From assembly GCA_000320545.1 (NCBI GenBank), contig ADNK01001091.1, forward strand, positions 1 to 64,000: DNA of 64,000 nucleotides. The letters run 5' to 3'. The stretch is from Bigelowiella natans CCMP2755 (taxonomy: Eukaryota; Protista; Cercozoa). A model generated the notes under the pieces. That model did no database searches and was not told the DNA's origin. It worked only from the letters and a program-made list of their open reading frames with translations. This document shows, piece by piece, positions 52,650 to 64,000 of the stretch (position 1 is its first letter; every line of letters begins with the position of its first letter). A program made the position numbers and the translations under genes.

Positions 52650-53085
52650 GGCGGAGAGATGATGCTTGTGATAAAAAGTGTACGCGTACTCTCAAATTAG
52701 AAGTCAATAATACGATGTCGTAATAACAAAAAACAGGCCATTTTTTCGAATTGTGCACGACGGGGTTTTGAGACTCGTGTGGATAATGGCTCATCAAGAT
52801 ATTATTTTTTGTGGTTGGCGAAGAACAACACAGACAACATGTTTTTGGATGGTCGATCTAGGACAAAAATTGGAGCAGATGTGTGCCGTAGATCTATGTT
52901 CAGGATATAGAAAAGTGGAAGGCTGCAGCTTTCGTAATCATTTATTCGTTCGCGGCTAGATCTGAGGGTGAGGGGAATATACCTACGATTTTAGTACTAA
53001 AAATGATAATAATAAATATCATAATATTCTTCCTTGCCAGATATTTTCGGAAATAAACGAACCCCCCCCCTCAGCTCCGAGGAAC

Positions 53086-54315
53086 ATGATGCACAAGCGG
53101 TTGGCTGCTGCGACTACACGAATTCTCTATCATCCGCCTCGACGGTTCCTTACGTTACCAAGTTGTACGAATGCTCCCGCTACTGAGCAGGAGACGGAGA
53201 CAGCCGCCACCCCTTCATGGATTGTTCCGATTCCGAGGAAGGTGAAGATTGTGGAGGTCGGGCCCCGCGATGGCTTGCAGAACGAGAAGCAGAAAGTGCC
53301 TGCCCATGCCAAGATTCAGTTTATCGATAAGCTATCTCACACGGGTCTCCAGGTCGTTGAGGCAACGAGCTTCGTAAGTCCACGCTGGGTACCGCAGATG
53401 GCTGATGCCTCTGAGGTTCTCAACGGCATTGAACGTGTCAAGGGCGTGTCGTATCCCGTCCTTTGCCCAAACATGAGAGGGTTAGAAAATGCTTTGAAGC
53501 ATGACGTTGAAGAGGTCGCCGTCTTCTCTGCAGCATCGGAATCCTTCACGAAACGGAATATCAATGCCACGATCAAGGAGAGTCTTGATATGTTTGAGCC
53601 GGTTATCAAATGTGCAACCAAAGAGGGTCTACGTGTTCGCGGGTATGTATCGTGTGTTCTTGGCTGTCCATATGAGGGTACCATAAAACCAGCTGCGGTT
53701 ACGGAGGTGAGTGAGGCTCTGTATGAGATGGGATGCTACGAAATCTCCCTCGGCGACACAATCGGTGTTGGTAATCCAGGATCTGCAGTAGCCATGATAA
53801 GAGCGGTCAAGGAGAAGATACCCGTCGATGCTCTAGCGGCACATTTCCATGACACATATGGTCAAGCACTCGTGAACCTTTTAGCGGCCCTGCAGGAGGG
53901 AATCAGTATCATCGACAGTGCTGTAGGGGGGCTGGGCGGATGCCCTTACGCCAAAGGTGCCACTGGGAATGTCGCCACCGAAGATGTGTGCTACATGTTG
54001 GCGGGTTTGGGCGTCGAGACGAGCGTCGACATGCAGCGTCTGATGGATGCTAGCGCTTTCATTTCGAAGTGTCTGGGAAAACCCAGCCATTCACGTGTTG
54101 CAAACAGCATCTGGAGACGCAGTGCCGCAGTACGGGTGTCGTTTCACTATAAAGAGGTCCTGGCAACGGCTTTGGCTGACGGGGCTGTCACAGGTGCAGA
54201 GCGAGCGCTGATCGATCAGTACCGACTGCGCCACAATATCACAAATGAAGAGCATACAATGGCCCTCCGCGCACTGGGATGGACGGTTGGACAGTACAAA
54301 CGCGGTCACAAGTGA
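53086..54315 (+). CDS. HMGCL: Hydroxymethylglutaryl-CoA lyase (mitochondrial presequence) with extra C-terminal helical domain; intronless
   Basis: VKIVEVGPRDGLQNE, ATSFVSPRWVPQMAD, HFHDTYGQAL, GLGGCPYAKGATGNVATED; Arg-rich presequence. Confidence 0.95.
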   Translation: MMHKRLAAATTRILYHPPRRFLTLPSCTNAPATEQETETAATPSWIVPIPRKVKIVEVGPRDGLQNEKQKVPAHAKIQFIDKLSHTGLQVVEATSFVSPRWVPQMADASEVLNGIERVKGVSYPVLCPNMRGLENALKHDVEEVAVFSAASESFTKRNINATIKESLDMFEPVIKCATKEGLRVRGYVSCVLGCPYEGTIKPAAVTEVSEALYEMGCYEISLGDTIGVGNPGSAVAMIRAVKEKIPVDALAAHFHDTYGQALVNLLAALQEGISIIDSAVGGLGGCPYAKGATGNVATEDVCYMLAGLGVETSVDMQRLMDASAFISKCLGKPSHSRVANSIWRRSAAVRVSFHYKEVLATALADGAVTGAERALIDQYRLRHNITNEEHTMALRALGWTVGQYKRGHK

Positions 54316-54889
54316 CGACTATCGCAAATCTAGAAATTTAGATGCAACGGAGCATCGTCGAGTAACTAAATGATATTAATTAAGCGAATAGGTGAACGCA
54401 TAAGAATGAAAATAATGTGAATGGAGAACGTCGCGCTAAGAATCGAAATCAACCAGAAATGTGCACTGCCGCAGACAAACATACACGCACGTGTGCAGCA
54501 CGCCGGGCGCGCGCTCACTAGCTCAGGGAGTTGCTTGATGATTGAAAATCGAGTCATTTGCACATGCAAGGGGAAAATAATCATGTGAAAGTGATTCGAT
54601 GGCCGTTGTCATCATCATTCTGCACAAATGTTTATGTAACAGTGCTGCAGCACACAACTTGTTCATTGGTGAAGCGTGTTCCCTCTGCTCCCCATTTCTT
54701 CCACGCTCTAGCTAGCGCTCATCAAGTACGTGCACAGAAGTGTGCGAACAATCATGAAGAACCAACAATAACTAGATAAATGGTGTGCCCACTCAGATTG
54801 GTTGATTGATGGATGAAGGAACAAATAAACTAATGAACGAATGAATGAAACATTGAAATGTTGGTCATAATTTGACGCTCAACACGATG

Positions 54890-55716
54890 CACAGATGACA
54901 CGCACGTTGCACTGCTGACGTGAAGGCATGCCTCAAGCTGGAGAAACAAATTGAGATGCGAGGTCTTAAAGAACTGGCCGAAAGCAGGAGAATGAACCAT
55001 TCGGCCGCAAGTGAAGATGAAGAAAAAGTGGGAAAGGCACACTCGAAGGCGATGAATGAACGAGATTCCATTGGAGCCGTTGAAAGGATCATTAAAATGA
55101 AAGAATGAATGAATGAAGCGTTCCAATGCTTGATTCGAAAGGATCATCACCGTACTAACTCATCCACGTCCTCCCTCAACAAGAGCAACCAAAGAAAATG
55201 CGAGGGTTGGTTTCACATTGGACACGCTGACTCTCACGAAGAGAAAACCGGATGACGAGCCGGTGGGTGCACTCGCACGACCGTTTTCGGATAATTTATC
55301 ACTGAGATAGGTTATGTGATGTGATGTGCAATTTTTGCATCGCGACAAGGCCCTGAGTATGTCGCAGTAGGTAAGTCGGAATAGTAGTTGTCGCCAAGAA
55401 TCAAAACCCATTTCTCGGCTCGGTGCATGGGTCTCCGTACCCGCCACGGAGCGGCCTGGCTGCGACGACAACTCCCACGTTGCCCCCCCCCCCCCCCAGC
55501 TCTCAGAAGAGCGACTCACATTCGTTCGCTGAATACCGTCGCTTACGTCTCTGATGCCGACTCAATGGAGCTCCTCACGCATTTTGCGCAATCTATGCGT
55601 CGCGTTCTCACCGGTCAACAACAACACACAAAGAAGAGTTAAGGAGAGGGAGGGAGATAAAAGAAACACGGAGAAGAGGGGATGAGAGCTGCGGGGTGGG
55701 ATGATGATGACGACGG

Positions 55717-55749
<33 letters not shown>

Positions 55750-57135
55750 GGAGGAGGAGGAGGAGGAGGAGGAGGAGAGAGGAGTCCTGCACGAGTTGTT
55801 ATCATCGAATATCATATGATTATATTCCTGTCTAGAGGGAGATATCCAGTGCCGCCATGTAAATGATTAATATTAGTTCGGGGGGATGATCTCGAAGGAG
55901 CCTGTGGAGATCTGAGAGATATGCGACTAGAGTAGGCTTCTAATAGTTGTTCCGCCATTTTTTTACCCTCCCCCCAAGCACAAATGGATAATGATTTAGA
56001 AGCAATACTTATGTGATGATCGTGCTACGATCCTTATACATATCATGAATATTTTCAAGGGTTCCCAGAGTACCGAAGATGCGGGCGTCATGGTATCCCT
56101 ATATCACAACAGAATGGCGCGTTGTGAGCTGCATACGACGAGAAGAAAACACGATGATTTTTGTCCTTGCATACCACCAATATCCCCGTCACTCACAGGA
56201 AATAGCTTATCTGCGCGTTTTAGATGCAATGAAGCGATTTGCCGTGATTATTCAGGGCCACGCCTTTTCTTGCTCTTGCAATACAAATGGAAATTCTTCA
56301 GGCTATTGAGCGGTAAGTCCAAGTATAACATCCAGATAATAATCGCACGTTCTTTGGGACAGAAACAGTGTAAGTGAGCGAAAATGAGCAAATAGACGAT
56401 AAATGAAACATCCATTCAAGGAGACTCATGATTGTTCCTTACCCCTGATGAGAGATATGAAGAAATATTTGTTGTGTGAAGGCGAAATAAATCTTCGTGT
56501 TGATTTTCTTCGGTGATTGGGTATGTGCTGCACAGGGGAGATGTCAATCGAGCCGCTAGATACGGTACAAAGCAACGTTTCTAAGGGAGGATACTATCGA
56601 AATCGCCACGTTTGTTAGTCTACAATAAGCAGCAACTGTGAAGCTATTGCTCCTGCCTGACATTCAAAACTATTTTACAGGACGAATTCTAACGCGCAAG
56701 AGTGCAGAGGCAGGTACCCAGACACGACAAGCATTGTTCTACCATCTTCCTCACCTAATCCAAATAATATTCAAAATGACATCTGCCATCATCACCAACT
56801 TCAGGACTGGTAGATTACCCGACCGCGATGGACATTGAGCAGCTGGCGCAAAGAGTTATACCCCAAGCTGCATGGGAGGGAGCAATTAACAACAGCACGA
56901 ACCATGATCATCAAGGCCATGGCCAACAGCAGCAGCGTGCTTCTCCTCCTTCTCCCTCTCCTCCTCCTCCTCTGTGCCTTTATGATGATGATGTAATGTT
57001 GGGTCGTGTGCAGCGTAATATCAAACTAGCTGCAGCGCAATTGAGCGAAAACGGATATGCTGTAGTAGACGCATTGCTTGGACCTCCTTGGGTACATGGA
57101 ATTCACTGACGTCCACACACACGCACACACACTCG

Positions 57136-57206
<71 letters not shown>

Positions 57207-57386
57207 TATAAATATGTACTGTATATGTGTGTATCCTGTGTTGGTACAAATTATGTTAGGCTGCTGTTTTACCCAAAGCTTTCGAGCAAATGGCACATGA
57301 CATGGAGAACCACTTCACTTCGTAATATACCTCTTTGGTGTTGTTGCTGTTGCATTCATTCATCAAGTAAACACTACGGTGGAACG

Positions 57387-57418
<32 letters not shown>

Positions 57419-58100
57419 TATATATATAATATGTGTGTGTGTGAGAGAGAGAGAGAGAAAGAGAGAGCATACAATAAACTTTCTACAACTCGGTCTAAGT
57501 ACTTTCACACCTCTTGCCACTCTCCCCCCCTTCCTCCTCCCCTCTACTCGCCACCACCAATGCTCTACCTACAACCTCCAGTGGGGAGTTGGAGTTAACT
57601 GGACAAAGTCACAAGAAGACCCGTGGTGACAAGTAAGGATTCTTCCACGTTATATGCTCTTAAGTACATATATCGTATGTCCCGAAGAGAGAGAGTGTCA
57701 GAGATTCTCTCTACCCCCCTCCTCGAAATCTCTAGTTTACACGATGATGATTATACCTTTCACCCTCTATTTGTCCTTCCTCCCTCTCCTTGTTTTATGG
57801 CAATGATTGCTATCAGAATCCTATGGCTAGATGGCCTCGATGCAAAACACCCTCTCCCATCACAGCTCACACAGCTGCTGCAGAAGACAGTTGGCGCTGT
57901 GTTGTCCTCGGAACTAAATCAGCGTGGAGAGCAGGTGTGTGCAGTGTGCAGCATGGTGATATTGCCTCCTATCTCGTAGTAGCGATGGTAGTGGGGGTTG
58001 GAGTAGCAGTAGAAGTAGTTGTTGTAATTGTTGTTGTTGTTGTTGTTGTTGTTGTTTCATGTTGGGAGAACGCGGGCATCATGGTCGCATTCCACATTAG

Positions 58101-58167
<67 letters not shown>

Positions 58168-58360
58168 CGTGCACCTATGTTATCACTATTCATCGCATCA
58201 GTAAAGATAGCACTGACTGAGCGTGTTTGCTTAGCCACCACTTGCCGACACCTCCGGTTATGATTTCTCAAAAACAAGCGGAGGGGGGAGGGGGAGGAGG
58301 ATAAGTAGAGGATATTGCACCATCCATCGTCGAGATCTACCTGCAAAACCGCATCTTCAT

Positions 58361-58423
<63 letters not shown>

Positions 58424-58492
58424 GAAGACAGGGGGAGGGGAACTTAATCTAATAACATGTATTTGTGGATGGGGGCTGATGTAGTTACGTCT

Positions 58493-58530
<38 letters not shown>

Positions 58531-58697
58531 GTTTTCCTTTTGTTCGTCAAATTTCCCTATTTTGATTCCATTCCTCTCACTATTTCTCTTTCTCTTTCTA
58601 TCATGCCACGAATACGTCTTTTTTCTTCTATTAGGCGTAATTGCGGACTCAATGTTTGCGATGTATTCTCCTACTATCTATTCACACACACACACAT

Positions 58698-58757
<60 letters not shown>

Positions 58758-58791
58758 TTATATGTTTATATATTATCGCATTGTGTATATA

Positions 58792-58830
<39 letters not shown>

Positions 58831-59303
58831 CTCTTTCTCCTTTTCCATTCACTCCTCATCATCACCAAATGAAATTACACATGCGCTACTTGTTCAAAAA
58901 GAGAGAGAGAGCCGTCTTGCCTCCCCTCGATGATCGAAGCCTCTGCTCGCGACAGGTATTCCCCGTGCGAGGGGGGATTCGTTCGCCATTTAGACAACGC
59001 GGGGCAGGATGATTTGCGCCGTGTTTCCGCCGTCTACTACCTGTCAGATTGCTCGCATGGGCAGGTAGGAAAGGGGGGGGGGAGATTGGAGAGAAAGAAG
59101 ACGGGGGATAAGGAGAAGGAAGAGGAGGAGGTGGAGGAGGAGGTGGAGGAGGGTGAAGGGGGGGGGGACTACTGACCACAGTTGCCTCCAAGTGCCTAAG
59201 AGGAGGAAATAGACGGAATAATACCAACAAATTAAAGAAACTTTGAATTAGCCCCGCACCTATCCCTCAGCATATATACATATATAAATATATACATATA
59301 TCA

Positions 59304-59339
<36 letters not shown>

Positions 59340-59774
59340 GTGTGTGCGTGTGGGGGGGGGGTGCACCAGGGCGGCGAGCTGGTGCTTTACCCAGAGTCAT
59401 CAGAGTGGGATGAAGAAGATACAAACGACGAAGAAGGAGCAGCTGGCGTATACTGCGGAAAGACAAAGAATGGCATATCGGTGGTACCGAGAATCGATCG
59501 CCTTGTTCTTTTCTGGAGCAATAAGGTGCTATGTGCTTGCGTGTGTATACGTGATAGACCATTTAGTCGTAATGTATACTTATATGACATACACACGCGC
59601 ACACACACGCACGCACGTAGTTAGGTTATCCTTGTGCTCCCTTGATGTCAGGTGCCGCACGAGGTCATTGCGCTGACTGAAGATGCGCCTGAGAGCAGAA
59701 TGGCTCTTAGCTACTGGTGTTAATACTATCAATAATAACGACAGTTCTACGATTGATGATGTTCCATATTATAA

Positions 59775-59808
<34 letters not shown>

Positions 59809-59968
59809 GTACCCCCGCGCACTCCTTTAAACATTCAGGTACCGTAGTCGGCTAAGTAGTAGTATGATGGACGAGGCGCTGTCACCGCTCAGGTCTAATA
59901 TTTCAATGGTTATGACCGCACTATAGCATCATCAGCGTCGCTATTGCCATCTCTCTTTCTCACACACA

Positions 59969-60009
<41 letters not shown>

Positions 60010-60100
60010 TCCCCCCCTTTCTCCCCCCCTCAAAATAATCACCAACCTCTTCTGATACGGTTTCATCGCCAGGGACTACGTGGAGGGGCACATCGAGTAG
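54890..60100 (+). CDS. EGLN/PHD-like prolyl 4-hydroxylase (2OG-Fe(II) oxygenase) with long N-terminal extension
   Basis: LSENGYAVVDALLG; TRGD/RILWLDG; GGFVRHLDN..RRVSAVYYL (HxD); GGELVLYP; VVPRIDRLVLFWSNK/VPHEV..RMALSYW (distal His and 2OG-binding Arg). 5' exons and start are uncertain. Confidence 0.8.
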
Positions 60101-60375
60101 CATTTTGTGTTTGGGATCCATATTGAGTCACACATGTCGATGCTAACAGAGTTACTGCGGTTATGCTTCACACACGCTGCGAAAATGCAAAACGACGAGT
60201 AGCAGGTGGCATCCGCCCTCAGCTTGTGAAAACAATAGCTCTCATAATTTGCGCGAGTGCTATTCGCGGGTGCTACTGCTGGGCAGCTCTATAGCGTTGC
60301 AGCACAAACCACTGATTCACTGCGCGCTAGAGGCTTCACCACTAAACTCAATGAATGCACATGCCGACGGAAAGA

Positions 60376-60409
<34 letters not shown>

Positions 60410-60802
60410 GGCGCGTGCGTGTAGACACGCATTGGTAAGCAAGTTCTTTTATGCCTTCGTGCTAGCACAAGATGTAAAAGGCTGCGTATACACATGCGCG
60501 CCATGCTATCTAGCGAGTGCATGTACATTCAGCAAAGCGGTGTCACAAGTGTAGCGCTGCACTTTGTAATAATGTGTTTTAGGATTCCGGCTTGTATGTA
60601 TTCGATGAAACTACATATATTTAGTCATGATTCAAGCACCCTTGCTGTTCCTCTATGTACTACACGTTTATACAGACTGATATAAATTTAGTAATGACAG
60701 TGAATTCTACTTGACGTACAGAAATACACACTAGACTAATACATAGACTTATTTGTAGACGTATCAAAACTTTGATACCAACGTTTTTGCATTGAAGATT
60801 TT

Positions 60803-62740
60803 CTAATCAAGTTCCTCGGTATCATCATTGCCAGCAGAGTGATTGGGCGGGGCTCCTCCAGCCGTAGCACCAGCATCGCCACCACCGTACAACTTCGACA
60901 TGATTGGATTAATTATTGCCTCCAGCTCCTTCTGCTTGTCCTGGAACTCATCAACCTCTGCATTTTGATTCTTCTCAATCCACTCAATAGTCTCGTCAAC
61001 AGATTTCTGTGCACGTTCCTTGTCAGCAGTGGCAATCTTTCCCTCGAGTTTCTTGTCATTCAGCGTATTGCGCACATTGTAGCTGTAGCTCTCCAGCTTG
61101 TTTTTTGCCTCCACACGGGCAGCAGCAGCGTCGTCATGGGCCTTCATCTCCTGAGCTTTCTTGACCATGTTGTCTATCTCCTCAGGGCTCAAGCGTCCAC
61201 TATCGTTTGTAATCGTGATGCTCTGCGATTTTTGCGTCTTCTTGTCTCGTGCGGTAACGTTTAAGATGCCGTTGGTATCTACATTAAACGTGACCTCGAT
61301 TTGAGGGACACCTCTGGGAGCTGGTGGAATGCCTTCGAGGTTGAATTGGCCAAGGAGGTGATTATCCTTCGTCATCCTTCGCTCTCCTTCATACACTTGG
61401 ATTGTCACTGCAGGTTGGTTGTCTTGGAACGTGGAGAAGACCTGTGATTTCTTGGCTGGTACTGTCGTGTTACGCGGGACCAGTGGGGTCATTATTCCTC
61501 CTGCTGTTTCAATTCCAAGAGAAAGAGGAGCAACATCGATGAGTACGATGTTGGAAGCATCTCCTTTTGTCTGGCCACTCAACACTGCTGCTTGCACAGC
61601 GGCACCGTATGCAACCGCCTCGTCTGGATTGATGTTTTTGCAGAGCTGCTTTCCATTGAAGTAATCGCTTAAGAGATTCTGAATCTTTGGAATACGTGTT
61701 GACCCACCAACCAAGACCACCTCGTCAATGCTGCTCTTGCTCATCTTGGAATCCTTGAGAACTTTGTCTACAGGCTTCAATGTTCCTCTGAAGTAGTCGT
61801 CACAGATGTCCTCGAATCTTGCTCGGGTGATCGACGCAGAGAAGTCAACTCCTTCGTGGAGTGAGTCGATTTCAATCTGGGCTCGGGTGCTGCTAGAAAG
61901 TGTCCGTTTTGCTCTCTCGCAAGCCGTACGGAGACGTCGAATTGCCTTGTCGTTTCCTTGGAGATCTAGACCTCTGTTTTTCCGCTTGAATTCCTTGGCG
62001 AAGTGCTCCATAAGAGCCTGATCGAAGTCCTCACCGCCAAGATGCGTATCCCCAGCCGTCGCTTTCACCTCGAAGACCCCTTCGTCGATGGTCAAGAGGG
62101 ACACATCAAAAGTTCCACCTCCAAGATCGAAGATTAGAACATTGCGCTCCCGTTTGTCGCCCTTCTGCATCTTGTTGAGACCATATGCGATTGCAGCGGC
62201 CGTAGGTTCGTTAATAATGCGCTTTACGTTTAGGCCCGCAATCGCTCCGGCATCCTTAGTTGCCTGTCTCTGGGAGTCGTTGAAATACGCTGGCACTGTG
62301 ATGACGGCGTCGGTGACCTTATGGCCAAGGTAGGATTCAGCTGTTTCCTTCATCTTGGTTAACACCATGCTGGAGATTTCTTCTGGCGCGAAAAGCTTGT
62401 CCTCTCCCATGTGACTAGCTTTTATCATCGGCTTTCCCCCCTGCCCTTTAGTCACCTGGAAAGGCCACATCCTTTTGTCATGCTCCACCGACTTCTCGTC
62501 AAATCGCCGCCCGATCAGCCGCTTAGCACCGAAGATGGTATTCTTCGGATTTCTGGAAGCTTGATTCTTTGCGGCCTCACCCACAAGTCTTTCTTGATCT
62601 GTAAACGCGACGTAGGATGGTGTGGTCCGGTTGCCCTGATCGTTTGCGAGGATCTCGACGGTGTTGTTTCGCCAGACACCTACGCAGCTGTAGGTCGTCC
62701 CAAGGTCAATTCCAACTGCTGGAGCTTTAGTTCCGGCCAT
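60803..62740 (-). CDS. HSP70: Cytosolic-type heat shock protein 70, intronless
   Basis: [44 protein letters not shown]; C-terminus TEELD. Confidence 0.97.
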   Translation of the reverse strand: MAGTKAPAVGIDLGTTYSCVGVWRNNTVEILANDQGNRTTPSYVAFTDQERLVGEAAKNQASRNPKNTIFGAKRLIGRRFDEKSVEHDKRMWPFQVTKGQGGKPMIKASHMGEDKLFAPEEISSMVLTKMKETAESYLGHKVTDAVITVPAYFNDSQRQATKDAGAIAGLNVKRIINEPTAAAIAYGLNKMQKGDKRERNVLIFDLGGGTFDVSLLTIDEGVFEVKATAGDTHLGGEDFDQALMEHFAKEFKRKNRGLDLQGNDKAIRRLRTACERAKRTLSSSTRAQIEIDSLHEGVDFSASITRARFEDICDDYFRGTLKPVDKVLKDSKMSKSSIDEVVLVGGSTRIPKIQNLLSDYFNGKQLCKNINPDEAVAYGAAVQAAVLSGQTKGDASNIVLIDVAPLSLGIETAGGIMTPLVPRNTTVPAKKSQVFSTFQDNQPAVTIQVYEGERRMTKDNHLLGQFNLEGIPPAPRGVPQIEVTFNVDTNGILNVTARDKKTQKSQSITITNDSGRLSPEEIDNMVKKAQEMKAHDDAAAARVEAKNKLESYSYNVRNTLNDKKLEGKIATADKERAQKSVDETIEWIEKNQNAEVDEFQDKQKELEAIINPIMSKLYGGGDAGATAGGAPPNHSAGNDDTEELD

Positions 62741-62959
62741 GTTGATTGTGTTGTTTGTTACTAACTTTTAATGTAGCTGGTTGTAGCAGATTTGTTGTGC
62801 GATTGGCACTTATTCGTTTGAGTTGTGTGTGCACGAGTCTGGGGTGGCATGAGCATATTTCATTTCCTGCATTTATCCCCGAGGTAGAGTCTCTTGGACA
62901 TCAATGTAGAGTTAACGACATAATCATTCTGTTGTCGCATCTGAAAATGCTAAGGCCTT

Positions 62960-63165
62960 TCTCTTCTTCGAAAGACTTCCGAGAAGTTTCCCAAATTCCA
63001 GACATCTTCGAGACTACTTCCACATGCATTCGCGACCAAAATCGGGATATCATCGATACCATCTCACACGTGCGACAACGAAATTCTGGAAATGTTTGCA
63101 AATTGCCAGTAGGTTGTAGTCGTTCAGAACCCAAGTTCGAGGGTGCTTCGGGAGGGTTCCCGAAT
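62960..63165. promoter_or_regulatory. Heat-shock elements upstream of HSP70
   Basis: TTCggGAGggTTCccGAA at 63147-63164 (four alternating nGAAn units, one mismatch), TCCgaGAAgtTTC at ~62978-62990, and TTCtgGAA at ~63084. Confidence 0.7.
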
Positions 63166-63426
63166 GTGGGATTGTCGCAAGTTGCATTCGTCCTCTATTT
63201 ATTGTCATTCTTTGTACCAAAGACTTCTATACCGAGTACCACTTTAAAGCAGTGCAATTTCTCAATATTTTGAGAAATAGAGCTGTCGTTGGGATGGAAT
63301 CGTGCCAAGCCACAAAAATGGCGGCCTGATCGTTTCAAGTTCCGATTGGTTACCCCTGGTTGCGAGGCTTAGTATTCGAGCAGGAAGGTCTCGCGCGAAT
63401 ATTCGGCGCGAAATATTTTTCAAAAT

Positions 63427-64000
63427 ATGGAAGTTTACAAACACCCTTCGTATACGAGGTACCATGCGAGCAGGTGCTCTGTTGCAGCCTTTTGGAGTCT
63501 TATTTGCTACCTGGCGGTACTTGCTGCGCCATTCTTCCTTGCCTACGCCAGCTACGGATTCTGGAAGAAGGAGGGCACATACTATGAGCAACCCATCATA
63601 GAATACCAGCATAAAATAGCGATGATCGTAGAGTGTTCGTCCGGGGCTTTGGTGTTCAGCTCTATTCCTGAGTTCAACTTGATGGCAGGATTCTCAAACG
63701 TAAGGATCCCCCAAGTGCAGTCGTTTTTGGACGATCCTAACCTCGATGGCAGGCCTGACTACTTCAACCTCACCATCACCGTTCCCTTGCAGGGAACAGA
63801 AGAAGTATATGGAGTGTCGGTTCTCGCGTTCTTCGATGTAGAGTTGAAAGATCGAGTCAAGCTTGAGATGTCCGGCTTAAGCTATGTTTCACAAACTTCG
63901 TCTCTTCCCGGCTCGCGTTTTTCGATGTTCGGAGACCTCAAATTTACGCAACTTTATCCGTTATCGTTGAGAGGGAGTAGGACAGATTACAATGCTGATC
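63427..64000 (+). CDS. TMEM231: Ciliary transition-zone protein TMEM231 (partial, runs off the window)
   Basis: MEVYKHPSYTRYHASRCSVAAF..APFFLAYASYGFWKKEGTYYEQPIIEYQH..DDPNLDGRPDYFNL..FFDVELK..FGDLKFTQ. Open to the window end, so absent from the ORF track. Confidence 0.9.
   Translation, partial: MEVYKHPSYTRYHASRCSVAAFWSLICYLAVLAAPFFLAYASYGFWKKEGTYYEQPIIEYQHKIAMIVECSSGALVFSSIPEFNLMAGFSNVRIPQVQSFLDDPNLDGRPDYFNLTITVPLQGTEEVYGVSVLAFFDVELKDRVKLEMSGLSYVSQTSSLPGSRFSMFGDLKFTQLYPLSLRGSRTDYNAD

Larger units (their letters stand above)
1..60410. repeat. Abundant microsatellites ((TA)n, (CA)n, (GA)n, (CAT)n, (TAG)n, (GAG)n, poly-G/C), mostly intronic
   Basis: Directly visible, e.g. 159-191, 2019-2067, 12003-12060, 37158-37232, 57139-57202, 58684-58827. 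Confidence 0.95.

Noticed and set aside
54740-55930. Minus-strand fragments AYLSDLH, LILGDNYY and LSGHT suggest a metallophosphoesterase
   Set aside because: Could not be joined in frame with plausible splice sites, no GNH(D/E) motif seen, and + strand splice signals fit better. Stranded RNA-seq would settle it.
56307-56309. In-frame TGA just before a splice donor (possible selenocysteine)
   Set aside because: An alternative acceptor (TTATTCAG|) gives an open frame that joins the downstream exons in phase. No SECIS identified.
138-60554. Hundreds of short ORFs in the track with YIYI/THTH/ERER/poly-H runs
   Set aside because: These are translations of intronic microsatellites or antisense to real exons.

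Overview
Gene-dense eukaryotic nuclear DNA with spliceosomal GT-AG introns, many filled with microsatellites. Two genes (violaxanthin de-epoxidase, a CPFC-type GST) carry signal+transit bipartite leaders, and a ciliary gene (TMEM231) is present. This points to a flagellated alga with a secondary plastid; a chlorarachniophyte such as a Bigelowiella relative is my inference, not proven. I reconstructed about 20 genes by hand from exons: VPS8, a small secreted ShK-like protein, GST, GT11 fucosyltransferase, a PH-domain protein, a GDP-sugar transporter, a C45 Ntn-hydrolase, an F-box protein, VDE, a VAMP7-like SNARE, an apparently N-myristoylated globin missed by the ORF track, an RNF216-like RBR ligase, a Tudor-Tudor-AP2-SAM protein, HMG-CoA lyase with an extra C-terminal domain, a PHD/EGLN-like prolyl hydroxylase, HSP70 and TMEM231. 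Gene orientation almost strictly alternates. The most interesting unexplained signals are: four copies of a covarying bulged-A hairpin behind the GT11 gene; a dense hairpin cluster at about 42.4 kb where a + strand gene is 'expected'; the acylated globin; and palindrome-rich spacers between convergent genes. Exon boundaries are manual and approximate.
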